Shown piece after piece: positions 1-9,587 of a stretch of 64,000 nt of DNA. The position numbers and the translations under genes were made by a program. The DNA comes from a virus, in the IMG/VR virus record IMGVR_UViG_3300037294_000399, positions 32,308-96,307 of that record; one strand, given 5' to 3'. The first letter of the stretch is position 1. Each line of letters starts with the position of its first letter. The notes under the pieces were generated by a model, which had not been told where the DNA came from, ran no database searches, and saw nothing but the letters and a program-made list of their open reading frames with translations.

Positions 1-40
1 GTTAAAGTGTTAAATGTAGGTGTGAATCCTACTTCTTCTA
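1..40 (+). tRNA. 3' part of a tRNA cut by the window edge
   Basis: T-arm-like GTAGG-TGTGAAT-CCTAC followed by an acceptor-like strand, just before the tRNA cluster. Confidence 0.45.
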
Positions 41-49
41 CTAATATAA

Positions 50-120
50 TGTCGTATAGTGTAATGGCAGCACGTCTGGTTTTGAGCCAGAAGATATAGG
101 TTCGACCCCTGTTATGACAA
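50..120 (+). tRNA. tRNA-Gln(TTG)
   Basis: acceptor TGTCGTA/TATGACA, anticodon arm TCTGG-TTTTGAG-CCAGA, GGTTCGAC T loop. Confidence 0.9.
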
Positions 121-125
121 CAAAA

Positions 126-200
126 CGAGATAACCCTTTTGAGTGGGGCGGTACTAAGAGTAATTAACTTAGTTTGTGGGTTCGAATTCTATTACCTCCA
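126..200 (+). pseudogene. degenerate tRNA-like remnant
   Basis: GTGGGTTCGAATTCTAT T-arm-like, CTAAG/CTTAG stem with 9-nt loop, acceptor pairing poor. Confidence 0.3.
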
Positions 201-251
201 CGATATGCTGTTAGATTTTAAGCTTTATTGGTAAAGGTAAAAAATTATTAT

Positions 252-334
<83 letters not shown>

Positions 335-396
335 CTGTGAAATAGGTGAGATTAAATAAATGGGTCTGAGGGAGTCCATTAAGGAACCCTCTCCAT

Positions 397-470
397 GCTC
401 TGTACGCACGAAAGGTGGTGCACTGGATTTGTAACCCAGAATAGAATCGGTTCGATTCCGATACAGAGCT
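397..470 (+). tRNA. tRNA-Thr(TGT)
   Basis: GCTCTGT/ACAGAGC acceptor, CTGGA-TTTGTAA-CCCAG arm, ATCGGTTCGATTCCGAT. Confidence 0.88.
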
Positions 471-518
471 CAATAAATAAGTATAATACGCATTGAAATA
501 TACGTATTATACCAAAAT

Positions 519-592
519 GCGGATATAGCTCAATTGATTAGAGCACTAGCCTTCCAAGCTGGGGGTTGTGGGTTTGAGTCCCACTATCCGCT
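519..592 (+). tRNA. tRNA-Gly(TCC)
   Basis: GCGGATA/TATCCGC acceptor, CTAGC-CTTCCAA-GCTGG arm. Confidence 0.92.
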
Positions 593-666
593 CTAGTTTA
601 AAAATCGTTGCATGTAGCGAAGATAGTCAAGCTAACTATCACCCAGTTAAGCGATTCTGGGTAAAT

Positions 667-730
667 GCGAGAGTAGCTCAGTGGTAGAGCATCTGGTTAC
701 CAACTAGAGGGTCGTTGGTTCGAACCCCAC
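667..730 (+). pseudogene. 3'-truncated tRNA-Gly with ACC anticodon
   Basis: GCGAGAGTAGCTCAGTGGTAGAGC D arm, TCTGG-TTACCAA-CTAGA arm, T loop present, 3' acceptor strand missing. Confidence 0.7.
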
Positions 731-794
731 AAATGTATATTACAATATACAAAAAGATATAAAAACAGTAAAATGTATATTATAATATACAAAA
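731..794. repeat. two copies of a palindromic AAATGTATATT-A(C/T)-AATATACAAAA unit
   Basis: direct repeat, each copy a TGTATATT/AATATACA hairpin. Confidence 0.75.
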
Positions 795-881
795 CAAAAT
801 GATTATGAAAACAACAAAATTGGTATAATAGAACATTATAAATACCTTCATTGGTTCAAATCCAATCGGGGGTACTAAAAA

Positions 882-953
882 TCCCTCGTAGCAAACTGGC
901 GTAGGCAATAGACTTTTAATCTATGGGGCTGGGTTCGACTCCCAGCGGGGGAA
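882..953 (+). tRNA. tRNA-Lys(TTT)
   Basis: TCCCTCG/CGGGGGA acceptor, ATAGA-CTTTTAA-TCTAT arm, CTGGGTTCGACTCCCAG. Confidence 0.9.
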
Positions 954-1094
954 CAATTAGTTGATAATCAAGTCACTAAACTATATTTTGCACAATAAAG
1001 TAGATTGGTTTATTGTGCAATTTTTGCTTTATTATAATACTATTTGGTCTGTATTTTTTATTAATATTTCATATATTTATAATAAAACAACAAT

Positions 1095-1417
1095 GTGAAA
1101 GACTTACTGAAAGTGTTACTTAGAGAGAACATATTAACTGAGATTGATTGGAATGAAAAATACAAAGATGTTTCTAAACAACCAACGAAAAAGGTAAAGT
1201 TGTGTTCATCAACGGTAAAAATGGCGCTAACGAATTAAAAAATCGTTTAGGTAAACTTTACAATGTTGAACCTTCTACTATATTAACTTATGATGAAATG
1301 TTAAGTATGCCAGAAGGTGAACCATTATCATATAATGTTATCGTAAATCCTAAAGGTGATGGCGATAGAGGAGCACAAAGAAATGATATTAAAACTAGTT
1401 TCTTATTGTTTCATTAA
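1095..1417 (+). pseudogene. frameshifted or internally deleted gene (starts MKDLLKVLLRENIL)
   Basis: GTG start after ATATTTAT motif, frame change near 1190 into ORF 1202-1417. Confidence 0.45.
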
Positions 1418-1429
1418 AAAAAAAATACT

Positions 1430-1995
1430 ATGGATATTAAAAAAAAAAATTGAGAAGTGCTTTATTAAAAGAAGGTAAACACAAAACACATAAAAATGAG
1501 TATGGTTGTCTAATGGTTTATTTAGATGTTACCAAAGAAGATTGGAATGAGTTACAGGACATGATTGATGATGATGACTTATATGTTGATAAAGAAGACC
1601 CAAGCTACGGTAGAGAGAATGAACCACATGCAACGGTTTTATTTGGTTTTCATGCAGACGTTAAAGATGTAGATATAGAAAAAGAGATTTATAAGGTTAA
1701 AACACCTAAAATTGGTTTTAAAGGTATATCAGCATTTAGCAATGAAAAGTTTGATGTGTTGAAGTTTGATGTTGATAGTGAAGATATGCATAAAATGAAT
1801 TCAAAATTTAAGCAATTCCCACACACAAATAATTTCCCAGATTACCACCCACATGTTACTATTGCGTATTTAAAACCAAAAACTGCTGATAAATACATAA
1901 AGAAAATGAAAGGTATGGAAGAAATGCCAATCAAACTAGATAAGTTGGTTTATTCAAAACCAGATGGTGATAAAAAAACCTACGAATTAAAATAA
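1430..1995 (+). CDS. 2H phosphoesterase, T4 gp57B/Acb1-like
   Basis: two HxT motifs (EPHATVLFG, HPHVTIAY); ATG at 1430 is out of frame through an A11 run, ORF track start TTG 1450. Confidence 0.8.
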
Positions 1996-2021
1996 AAAAG
2001 GGCCTTGAGCCCTTTTTTTTA
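1995..2021. terminator. bidirectional rho-independent terminator
   Basis: AAAAAAGGGC-CTTGA-GCCCTTTTTTTT between convergent genes. Confidence 0.85.
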
Positions 2022-2168
2022 TTACTTACCTTGTCCGTTATACTTTTTTAAGTAGCTTTTAGAACGTTTAAGTTTGGAGGATTTACATTTTGAATGTATA
2101 CTTGGTCTTTTTTTTCTGGTTTTTTGGTTTGCACCAGAAGATGTTGAAGTTTGTTTTGCTTTTGCCAT
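2022..2168 (-). CDS. 48-aa basic protein ending KKYNGQGK (absent from ORF track)
   Basis: MAKAKQTSTSSGANQKTRKKRPSIHSKCKSSKLKRSKSYLKKYNGQGK; upstream TATTTATTA motif and downstream terminator. Confidence 0.7.
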   Translation of the reverse strand: MAKAKQTSTSSGANQKTRKKRPSIHSKCKSSKLKRSKSYLKKYNGQGK

Positions 2169-2242
2169 AATAACTATTTTTTCTAATAAATACTTGCATT
2201 TTTTCTTTTATTTGTGTATATTTGTAAAAAAACATAAATTAT

Positions 2243-2518
2243 ATGAAAAACACTATTTATATCGATATCGATACGGAAAGAGAACAACCGATTCTTATTG
2301 GAAAAGGTCCAGAAACATCACCACCAGAAACTAGGGAAGAAGCTGGTAAAATGATAGTTGAAGACATTGCATGTGTATGTGATGCACTAATTAATTTGAT
2401 ACATGTAGCTGACCAAAATAGTTACGGTACCAAAGAAAGTTTAATTGAAAAAGTTAAAGGTCAGTTAAATGAGTACTTGTCAAATCCAACACCAAAAGAT
2501 AACGAAAAATCAGAGTAA
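2243..2518 (+). CDS. hypothetical protein
   Basis: ATG ORF after TTG..TATATTTG promoter. Confidence 0.7.
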   Translation: MKNTIYIDIDTEREQPILIGKGPETSPPETREEAGKMIVEDIACVCDALINLIHVADQNSYGTKESLIEKVKGQLNEYLSNPTPKDNEKSE

Positions 2519-2713
2519 TGATGGTTGGAAGAGATATTAATAACTGAAGACCAGAGAAAGAGAGCTAAAGAGCTTTACGAGTTCAATGTGTTGAACGGGT
2601 CAGTAACAGAAGGTAAAGGTAATGAAGTAGGTGCCTTGGGTGAAATTATTGTTTAAACATAGGTGAACTTGAAAATAAGTCTAAAAAGATTTGGAAGAAA
2701 CAAATTAATTTAG

Positions 2714-2721
2714 TACCTTTG
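2714..2721 (+). promoter_or_regulatory. Bacteroidota sigma-A -7 element TACCTTTG (representative of ~30 copies, e.g. 3876, 7606, 36458, 40296, 46313, 56213)
   Basis: TAnnTTTG with upstream TTTG/TTG at about -33, repeatedly upstream of + strand genes. Confidence 0.88.
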
Positions 2722-2731
2722 TTAAAAATAA

Positions 2732-3166
2732 TTGATTATGATTATAGACAAAACACAAAAAGATAAATTAACCGCTGTGCATTCGTTTACCGTTTTACCT
2801 CAAGACTTAAATTATGCAGATACTTTATTTGGGGGGAAAATAATGGCTGAGATGGATATTGCTGGTGTTAAAGTTGTAAGACGTGCTTTGTATGGTACAG
2901 GTGCTGAAGGTTCGGTTACCGCAAGTGTTGATAGAATAGATTTTAAAAAACCAGCTTTCTTGGGTGATTAAATCACCATGATTGCCGAAATTAAAACGTT
3001 AGGTAAATCCAGCATTCAAATAAAAATTAGTGTGTCTAGAGAAAGTATTCAAGGGTTTATTGAAGACATATGTGCGGCTAATTTTACTTTTGTTGCTATG
3101 AAAGATAAGAAATCTTATCCACATGGGTTAAATTTTGATAAATTAGAAATTAAGGATGATGAGTGA
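2732..3166 (+). pseudogene. acyl-CoA thioesterase (hotdog fold, YciA-like) with in-frame TAA at 2969-2971
   Basis: DLN..TLFGG..MD, VTASVD.IDFKKP motifs; both ORF pieces in the same frame. Confidence 0.8.
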
Positions 3167-3353
3167 ATCTAAAAAAAAAGCAAAGGAAAAAAGTGTTTTG
3201 GTAATTAAATCATGTGTTAATTGTAACCATATCAAATGTGCTAAATTATATTTAGATTTATATCTTTTAAGGTTCAATGACCTAGAATCATATAATGAGT
3301 TATTACTTATCTACGATAAAAAGAAACAAGTCTTAAATTGTGAAAAACTATAA
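3156..3353 (+). CDS. hypothetical protein
   Basis: overlapping start in operon. Confidence 0.55.
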   Translation: MMSESKKKAKEKSVLVIKSCVNCNHIKCAKLYLDLYLLRFNDLESYNELLLIYDKKKQVLNCEKL

Positions 3354-3627
3354 TATGGTTGAGTTAGGTGAATTTACTATAGAGGAAATAATAGAACACT
3401 TAGAGTGGGAAGCTGATAATATAACGTTACATGAATTTAAGAAATTAAAAGAAATAGTAAAAGATGTTGACGAAGTTTTTAGTGAAAAAACATTGGCCGA
3501 AAATTACTTGTACCAAAAAATATTATCTTTAGAATGTGCAATCGATAGATGGAAGTTGGATATCATATTAGAAAATTTACATAAACACACCTATAATGAA
3601 ATTTGTGAATTTTTTGAAAATAAATAA
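3340..3627 (+). CDS. hypothetical protein
   Basis: operon packing. Confidence 0.6.
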   Translation: MKNYNMVELGEFTIEEIIEHLEWEADNITLHEFKKLKEIVKDVDEVFSEKTLAENYLYQKILSLECAIDRWKLDIILENLHKHTYNEICEFFENK

Positions 3628-3644
3628 ATAAATAAATATAATAA

Positions 3645-3848
3645 GTGATTATGGATGTAACATTTAGAAAAGAAATACACGGTAAAGAACTTTACCTATA
3701 TAACGCTAAAGGTGAACTAATATTTAAGCGTTGGTTAAATCAAAATAGGTCAGTGGTTTTTGATGTGATGACCTATGATAAACACACCCTAGTTTCGATA
3801 ACAGATAAAATGTTGGAGGATGATAAAGGTAGTCAAAAAAGTACATAA
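3645..3848 (+). CDS. hypothetical protein
   Basis: operon packing. Confidence 0.6.
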   Translation: MIMDVTFRKEIHGKELYLYNAKGELIFKRWLNQNRSVVFDVMTYDKHTLVSITDKMLEDDKGSQKST

Positions 3849-3890
3849 AAAGTTGCATATTGTTAAATTAGTTAGTACCTTTGTTATATT

Positions 3891-4220
3891 ATGAGTGATG
3901 AAAGAAAAAAAGCTGATAAAAAACCAGTTCCTAAATTGGAACCCAAAAAAAGGGTTGCGCCAATTCCCGTTCCAAAGGTAGAACCTAAGAAACGAGCAGA
4001 GGTTAAACTTATAGCCAAGGAAATTCCTAAACCAATTATTCTAGAACCAACTGAAAAAGTTAAAAGGTCTGAAAATAAATATGTTAGAATATCTTTAGAT
4101 GCTAAACAAGAAGAAAGAAAAGAGTTTAGTGAAAAAATGCAAAGGGGCGAATTAAAATTAGCTTATTATGCGATAGATGGTGATAAAAGTTATCACTATT
4201 ATTTAGTAATGAAAAAATAA
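3891..4220 (+). CDS. hypothetical Pro/Lys-rich protein
   Basis: ATG just after TACCTTTG. Confidence 0.7.
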   Translation: MSDERKKADKKPVPKLEPKKRVAPIPVPKVEPKKRAEVKLIAKEIPKPIILEPTEKVKRSENKYVRISLDAKQEERKEFSEKMQRGELKLAYYAIDGDKSYHYYLVMKK

Positions 4221-4226
4221 ACGGAT

Positions 4227-4622
4227 ATGACTTTAAAAGAGCAAATCAATGCGGGTTTCATGACTGCATTTAAAGCAAAAGATATGGAAAGAAAAAACTT
4301 CTTAGGTCTTGTTAAAGGTGAAATCCAAAATGAAGAAGGAAGAGGTACAGTAACTACTGATGGAAGTGTTTTGATTATTCTTAGAAAATTAGAAAAATCT
4401 ATTAAACAAACAAACTCACCGCAGTCGTTAGTTGAATTGGAATATTTAAAACCTTATTTACCAAATCTTATGAGTGAAGACCAAATCAAAACAATTATTC
4501 AAGGTTATAAAGAATCTGGTTTAACTAATACTGGTCAAATTATGGGCCAATTTAACAAAGAACACAAAGGGTTAGCTGATAATAAATTAGTTTCTGAAAT
4601 TATTAAAGAATTGTTGCCTTAA
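4227..4622 (+). CDS. GatB/YqeY domain protein
   Basis: MTLKEQI..AFKAKD, E..YLKPYLP..MSE, GQIMG motifs. Confidence 0.85.
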   Translation: MTLKEQINAGFMTAFKAKDMERKNFLGLVKGEIQNEEGRGTVTTDGSVLIILRKLEKSIKQTNSPQSLVELEYLKPYLPNLMSEDQIKTIIQGYKESGLTNTGQIMGQFNKEHKGLADNKLVSEIIKELLP

Positions 4623-4996
4623 TGTGGGTTTTTCTTTACATATTATTAGTACATTGGGTTGCTGATTTCTTATTACAAACTAGACACATGGCAACTAGAA
4701 AAAGTGAAAGTAATTATTACCTTAATTTTCATGTTACGATTTATTCGTTTACGACTATTGTGTTATGGGTTTTATTTTTATTAACTATAGGTGTTCACGT
4801 TACTAAAATTAGTATATTATTATCATTTGGTGTAACCTTTGCAACACATTGGTTGACTGATTATGTTACCAGTAGACAAACAAGTAAATTTTATAAAGCT
4901 GAAAATTATAAGGGTTTTTTTGATATGATTGGTTTTGACCAATTAATCCATGTTTTAATATTATTTTTAACATACAATTACATCATATTAAATTAA
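4622..4996 (+). CDS. DUF3307-like membrane protein
   Basis: HWVADFLLQ, H..TD, DQLIH motifs. Confidence 0.8.
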   Translation: MWVFLYILLVHWVADFLLQTRHMATRKSESNYYLNFHVTIYSFTTIVLWVLFLLTIGVHVTKISILLSFGVTFATHWLTDYVTSRQTSKFYKAENYKGFFDMIGFDQLIHVLILFLTYNYIILN

Positions 4997-5036
4997 AATT
5001 ATGAATTAAGAACAAATCCATGCTAACTTAGATAAC

Positions 5037-5567
5037 ATGTTGGCAGACCATAAATCTAAAAAATTCCTTAATCATTTAGTTAGAGCTTACATGCCAGTAA
5101 CTAATATTGAAAAAGTTTGGGATACACCAACAGGTGATTTCAAATGTGTTTTAACGAGAGAACCATTGTTTTCTTTGCAAGATATATTAAAAGGTGTCCA
5201 AACTGAAGAATATAAAGTTGCTTTAATGAACAATCTTAAAACAATGTTTGATGAAAACGCTAAAACATCCAACCCAATCACTGAAGTAATTGGAGATAAA
5301 AAAATGGGTCTTACTGGTAAAGATACAACAACTTTTATGACAGTTGAGGCGTTTCAAAGTTTTTATGATTGGGTAATGACAAAAGTGTTAAGAGGCGATA
5401 AACACATCAATTGGTTGGTTAGGGGTATAAACCGAAACTTTTCTGATAACTCTACAAATAGCCCTGTTGTTCAAGTAAAAGAAACTAAAAGTAGTAAAGC
5501 AACCTATACATTAGGTGATGCTAGTGAAGCTTTATTAAAATTAAAAGAAAAATTAGAAAATAAATGA
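5037..5567 (+). CDS. hypothetical protein
   Basis: 176-aa ORF in operon. Confidence 0.7.
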   Translation: MLADHKSKKFLNHLVRAYMPVTNIEKVWDTPTGDFKCVLTREPLFSLQDILKGVQTEEYKVALMNNLKTMFDENAKTSNPITEVIGDKKMGLTGKDTTTFMTVEAFQSFYDWVMTKVLRGDKHINWLVRGINRNFSDNSTNSPVVQVKETKSSKATYTLGDASEALLKLKEKLENK

Positions 5568-6154
5568 GAATAAAATTAGATGACCAAAATATATGGTTTA
5601 CTTCAGATTGTCACTTTTGTCATACAAATGTGATTAAGTATGATAACCGTCCATTTAATGATGTCGAAGAAATGAATGAAAAGTTAATACTTAACTGGAA
5701 TTCAGTTGTTGGTGAAAAAGATGTAGTGTTTTATTTAGGTGACCTATCATTCGATAGGGGTGGTGGGAACACTGAAAGAATAGTAAATGAATTGAACGGA
5801 AAGATTCATTACATACTTGGGAATCACGATGACGAAAGAGATATACGTAAATTAAATCGTTTTGAAAGTATTAGTGATTATATCAACTTATCAGTTAATG
5901 ATTTGGATAACCCAAGAAAAAAACAAGGTATTGTTATGATGCACTACCCTATTTTATCGTGGGATAAAGCACACCATGGTGATTGGCATCTGCATGGTCA
6001 TTCCCATCAAAGTCTTGTTACTCAGAATCCAGAATACTACAAACGTAAAGTTTTAGATATGGGTTGTAATGGATGGGGTTATAAACCAGTTAGTTACAAT
6101 GAAATAAAAACAATAATGAACATAAAAGAAATAGAAAGAATTGACCATCATTAA
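5564..6154 (+). CDS. calcineurin-like metallophosphoesterase
   Basis: SDCHF.H, LGD, GNHD, HYP, HGHSH. Confidence 0.9.
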   Translation: MRIKLDDQNIWFTSDCHFCHTNVIKYDNRPFNDVEEMNEKLILNWNSVVGEKDVVFYLGDLSFDRGGGNTERIVNELNGKIHYILGNHDDERDIRKLNRFESISDYINLSVNDLDNPRKKQGIVMMHYPILSWDKAHHGDWHLHGHSHQSLVTQNPEYYKRKVLDMGCNGWGYKPVSYNEIKTIMNIKEIERIDHH

Positions 6155-6174
6155 TCAAATTTAAAAATAAAAAA

Positions 6175-7566
6175 ATGAGTGAAAATAAAAAAAAGAATAC
6201 TGAAGTGACAAATTCAAATAAAAATCGTGAAACTAGACTACCTAAAAATTTAGAGGATTTAGTTAGAGGTTTACCAACAATGGATGTTGAAACGATGAAT
6301 GAAGTTGCTATTGCAATAGCGTTAAGTGAGGATGAAACTTTCGAAAACCCAAATGATTCATTTTCAAATCAAACATATGATAGTGATGAAGAAGATGATG
6401 AACCGTACTTAACTAATTCATACACTGAAGAAGTTAGTTTTATTGAGTTTGCAATTATCAACGCTTATTTACATTCAGTGATGAAGGGTAAACAAAGTGG
6501 TATGGTTGTAAATAGTTACGGTACTAGTGATAATATTGGTAGAGTAGAGTTTGGGGGTAATTTTGAGGTTACAGGTTCTTACTGGTTCATTTGTAAATTA
6601 GAAGATGATGAGAATGATTATATCTTTCAAACAAAAATGTTTTTAGATGGTCGAAATGACTTAATCAATCAATTCCATTTAACTTCTAAAAAAGGTATTG
6701 AGTTCAATGATTTCGAAAAACTAATGAAGAAAATCAAAACCCTTGCGTTCAACGAGTCTGAATACAAAGGTAAATGTATCAAAGTTAAATTGAGAGAAGG
6801 TCGTTTCAAAGGTATTGAAATCATCGATATTAAAGCTGCCAGTAACGAACTTATCCTTAATGATGTTCAAATGAAATTCATAGAACACTTTATATCACGT
6901 GTGGCTAGAGGTGGTAATGCAAGATACTTACTTAATGGTGAACCAGGAACTGGAAAAACAGAATCGATTCGTGAGATTGCTAGAAAACTTATCCCTAACG
7001 TAACATTTGTTATACCAGACTTCGGTAACTCTGAAGACTTAACGTCAATCATGGAAGCATGTGAGATTTTTGAGAACGCTGTAATCATCATGGATGATAT
7101 TGACTTGTACTTAGGTTCAAGAGACAATGGTAGCTACACTCGTTTGTTAGGTCAATTCTTATCGTTCTTTGATGGGGTTAAGAAAAGAAAAATTAGTTTA
7201 TTGGCTTCTACCAATGACAAAGGTTTAGTTGATAAAGCGGCTGAAAGACCTGGACGTTTTAACTTCACGTTAGATTATAGTTTCTTAGATGACGAACAAA
7301 TAATCAAAGTATGTAACATTCACTTACCAGAGCAATGGAAGGTTCAAGAAGTATACGATGCACTTTCTGGTAAAATAAACGGTAAAAAAGTTAACATTAC
7401 AGGTGCTTTCATAGCAAACTTAGCTGATAACATCAAAGAGATGTCTGAGGATGATGCTGAATGGGGTATTGACGATACTGTTAGTTTAATTAAAGAATCA
7501 TACAAAGGGTTTTACTCAAGCCAAGTGGAAAAAGAGAAACAAACAATGGGTTTCCAAGTTAAATAA
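6175..7566 (+). CDS. AAA+ ATPase
   Basis: Walker A GEPGTGKT, Walker B IIMDDID, STN, RPGRF. Confidence 0.9.
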   Translation: MSENKKKNTEVTNSNKNRETRLPKNLEDLVRGLPTMDVETMNEVAIAIALSEDETFENPNDSFSNQTYDSDEEDDEPYLTNSYTEEVSFIEFAIINAYLHSVMKGKQSGMVVNSYGTSDNIGRVEFGGNFEVTGSYWFICKLEDDENDYIFQTKMFLDGRNDLINQFHLTSKKGIEFNDFEKLMKKIKTLAFNESEYKGKCIKVKLREGRFKGIEIIDIKAASNELILNDVQMKFIEHFISRVARGGNARYLLNGEPGTGKTESIREIARKLIPNVTFVIPDFGNSEDLTSIMEACEIFENAVIIMDDIDLYLGSRDNGSYTRLLGQFLSFFDGVKKRKISLLASTNDKGLVDKAAERPGRFNFTLDYSFLDDEQIIKVCNIHLPEQWKVQEVYDALSGKINGKKVNITGAFIANLADNIKEMSEDDAEWGIDDTVSLIKESYKGFYSSQVEKEKQTMGFQVK

Positions 7567-7635
7567 AAAACGTCTCGATAATTTGTTTTATCGAGATTTT
7601 TTTTGTACCTTTGTACTATCAAAACAAACTCAAAT

Positions 7636-7704
7636 ATGGATATTAGAAAAAACATAGAACCAACAGATTTTGAAGTTGGGGTCATAATAGGGCGATTTAT
7701 TTAA
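7636..7704 (+). pseudogene. orphan 5' end of nadM-nudix (MDIRKNIEPTDFEVGVIIGRFI*)
   Basis: matches EVGVVVGRFQ of 8563 gene; follows promoter at 7606. Confidence 0.85.
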
Positions 7705-7784
7705 TTTATTTCTTTTTGAAATAGGTTTTATTATAGGTTAGTTGATATTTATTATTAAATAACAATTAATAATTTTAAAATAAA

Positions 7785-8558
7785 ATGGAAAATAAACCCG
7801 TAGTGTATAAAATCACAAATTTGATTAACAATAAAAAATATGTTGGTAGTGCTAAATCATTTATTAAACGTAAAAAAGACCATTTAAATAGATTAAAAAA
7901 TAATAAACACCATTCTAAAAAGTTACAAAATTCTTTTAACAAATATGGTGAAGACGCTTTTGAATTTAATATTTTAGAAGTTGTAGAAGATATCAATCTA
8001 TTAATTCAAACCGAACAAAAATGGATTGATGAATTAAAACCAGAGTATAATATGACATTAATCGCTGGATTAAATAGTCATTTAGGTATGAAACGTTCAA
8101 ATGAAACTAAAAAGAAAATTAGTGATGCTTTGACTGGTAGAAAATTGAGTGATGAACATAAAGAAAAAGTTAGGCAAACGCTAACTGGTAAAAAATTTAG
8201 TGAAGAACGTAAAGAAAAACACAAAAAGGCTTTAAATGAGTCGACAAAATTTAAAGAAATGTTAAAATCAAAAGAAAGAAACGAAAAAATTAAACAAACT
8301 AGATTAAAAAACGGAGGGTACATCGTTACCTATGAAACAAAAAAATTAATAAGTGAAACGTTAAAAAAACAAAATCTACAATCAGCTATTAGTGTTGAAA
8401 TAGAAAAATATAGTTTAGATGGTGGTTTTATTGAATCTTATCCGAGTATGCTCAAAGCTGAAAACGATAATAACATAGGTAGAGGTTGTTTGTATTATAA
8501 TTTGGTTAAAAATAAAAAAGAAGAGTATAAAGGATTTATTTGGAAATTTAAAAATTAA
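7785..8558 (+). CDS. free-standing GIY-YIG homing endonuclease with NUMOD3-type repeats
   Basis: VYKITN..YVGSA..RKKDH, E..WI..LKPEYN, SNETKKKIS repeats. Confidence 0.9.
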   Translation: MENKPVVYKITNLINNKKYVGSAKSFIKRKKDHLNRLKNNKHHSKKLQNSFNKYGEDAFEFNILEVVEDINLLIQTEQKWIDELKPEYNMTLIAGLNSHLGMKRSNETKKKISDALTGRKLSDEHKEKVRQTLTGKKFSEERKEKHKKALNESTKFKEMLKSKERNEKIKQTRLKNGGYIVTYETKKLISETLKKQNLQSAISVEIEKYSLDGGFIESYPSMLKAENDNNIGRGCLYYNLVKNKKEEYKGFIWKFKN

Positions 8559-8562
8559 TTAT

Positions 8563-9567
8563 ATGGAAATTAAAAACTATAAAGAAGAAATAATTAAAAA
8601 TGCAGAAGTTGGTGTTGTTGTGGGGAGATTTCAAACAAACCGATTACATACAGGACATATTGACTTGATTAGCCACGTCCTATCAAATCATAAAAAAACT
8701 GTACTTATCCTAGGTGTGTCTAGAGTACAAAACACCAAGAAAAACCCTTTGGATTTTGCTAGTCGTAAAGCTATGATTCAAAAATTGTTTCCTAGTTTAA
8801 TGATTTTACCAGTAATGGACCAAAGATACGATGAGAAATGGAGTTCAGAAATTGATTCAGCTATTTCTATGCCGTTTGGTGAAAAGAAAACAGTTATCTA
8901 TGGTAGCCGTGATTCATTTATTCCTCATTACAAAGGTAAGTTTCAAGTTATTGAGTTAGAAGCTATTCCTTACCATAACGCCACAAACATTAGAGCAGAT
9001 ATTGCTAAAGAAACTATTGACTCTACTGATTTTAGGTCTGGTGTTATCTACTCAGCATTCAATCAAAGACCAGTTTCTTATCCAACAGTTGATATCTGTG
9101 CATACAACGATGATGGTGAGATTCTTATGGGTAGAAAACCTAACGAGAAGTATTGGAGATTCGTTGGTGGGTTTGTTGACCCGACAGATGAAAGCTATGA
9201 AAAAGCAGCTTTGAGAGAGTTTCATGAAGAAACTGGTGGTAATTGTGTTATCAGCGACTTAAAATATATCTTAAGTCACAGAGTAAAAGATTGGAGATAT
9301 GCCAAAGAAGAGTCTGGGATAATGACTACTTTATTCTTGGGGCGCAGAAATATGGGTTACGCAAAAGCTAGTGATGATATCGCAGATGTTAAATGGTTTC
9401 CAATTAGGGAGTTCAGCAACTTTGATACTGTTAGAACTAAAGTAATGCCAGAACACCGTGAAATGATGTTAGCTTTGGTTAACAAAGTGTACAGCGAAAA
9501 ACTTATACCAAATATTGGTGAAAGATTAGCTGAAAGAACTGATAATGTAACTTACATTGGTGAATAA
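8563..9567 (+). CDS. nadM: bifunctional NMN adenylyltransferase / ADP-ribose Nudix hydrolase (NadM-Nudix)
   Basis: VGRFQ..HTGH, KNPL, Nudix box GGFVD..E..A.RE..EETG. Confidence 0.9.
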   Translation: MEIKNYKEEIIKNAEVGVVVGRFQTNRLHTGHIDLISHVLSNHKKTVLILGVSRVQNTKKNPLDFASRKAMIQKLFPSLMILPVMDQRYDEKWSSEIDSAISMPFGEKKTVIYGSRDSFIPHYKGKFQVIELEAIPYHNATNIRADIAKETIDSTDFRSGVIYSAFNQRPVSYPTVDICAYNDDGEILMGRKPNEKYWRFVGGFVDPTDESYEKAALREFHEETGGNCVISDLKYILSHRVKDWRYAKEESGIMTTLFLGRRNMGYAKASDDIADVKWFPIREFSNFDTVRTKVMPEHREMMLALVNKVYSEKLIPNIGERLAERTDNVTYIGE

Positions 9568-9587
9568 TATTAAATAAAAATAAAAAT

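Noticed and set aside
7705-8562. intron or intein explanation for the nuclease inserts in nadM, HAD, smpB and others
   Set aside because: No group I core motifs or intein termini, and splicing is unnecessary because the gene end is duplicated.
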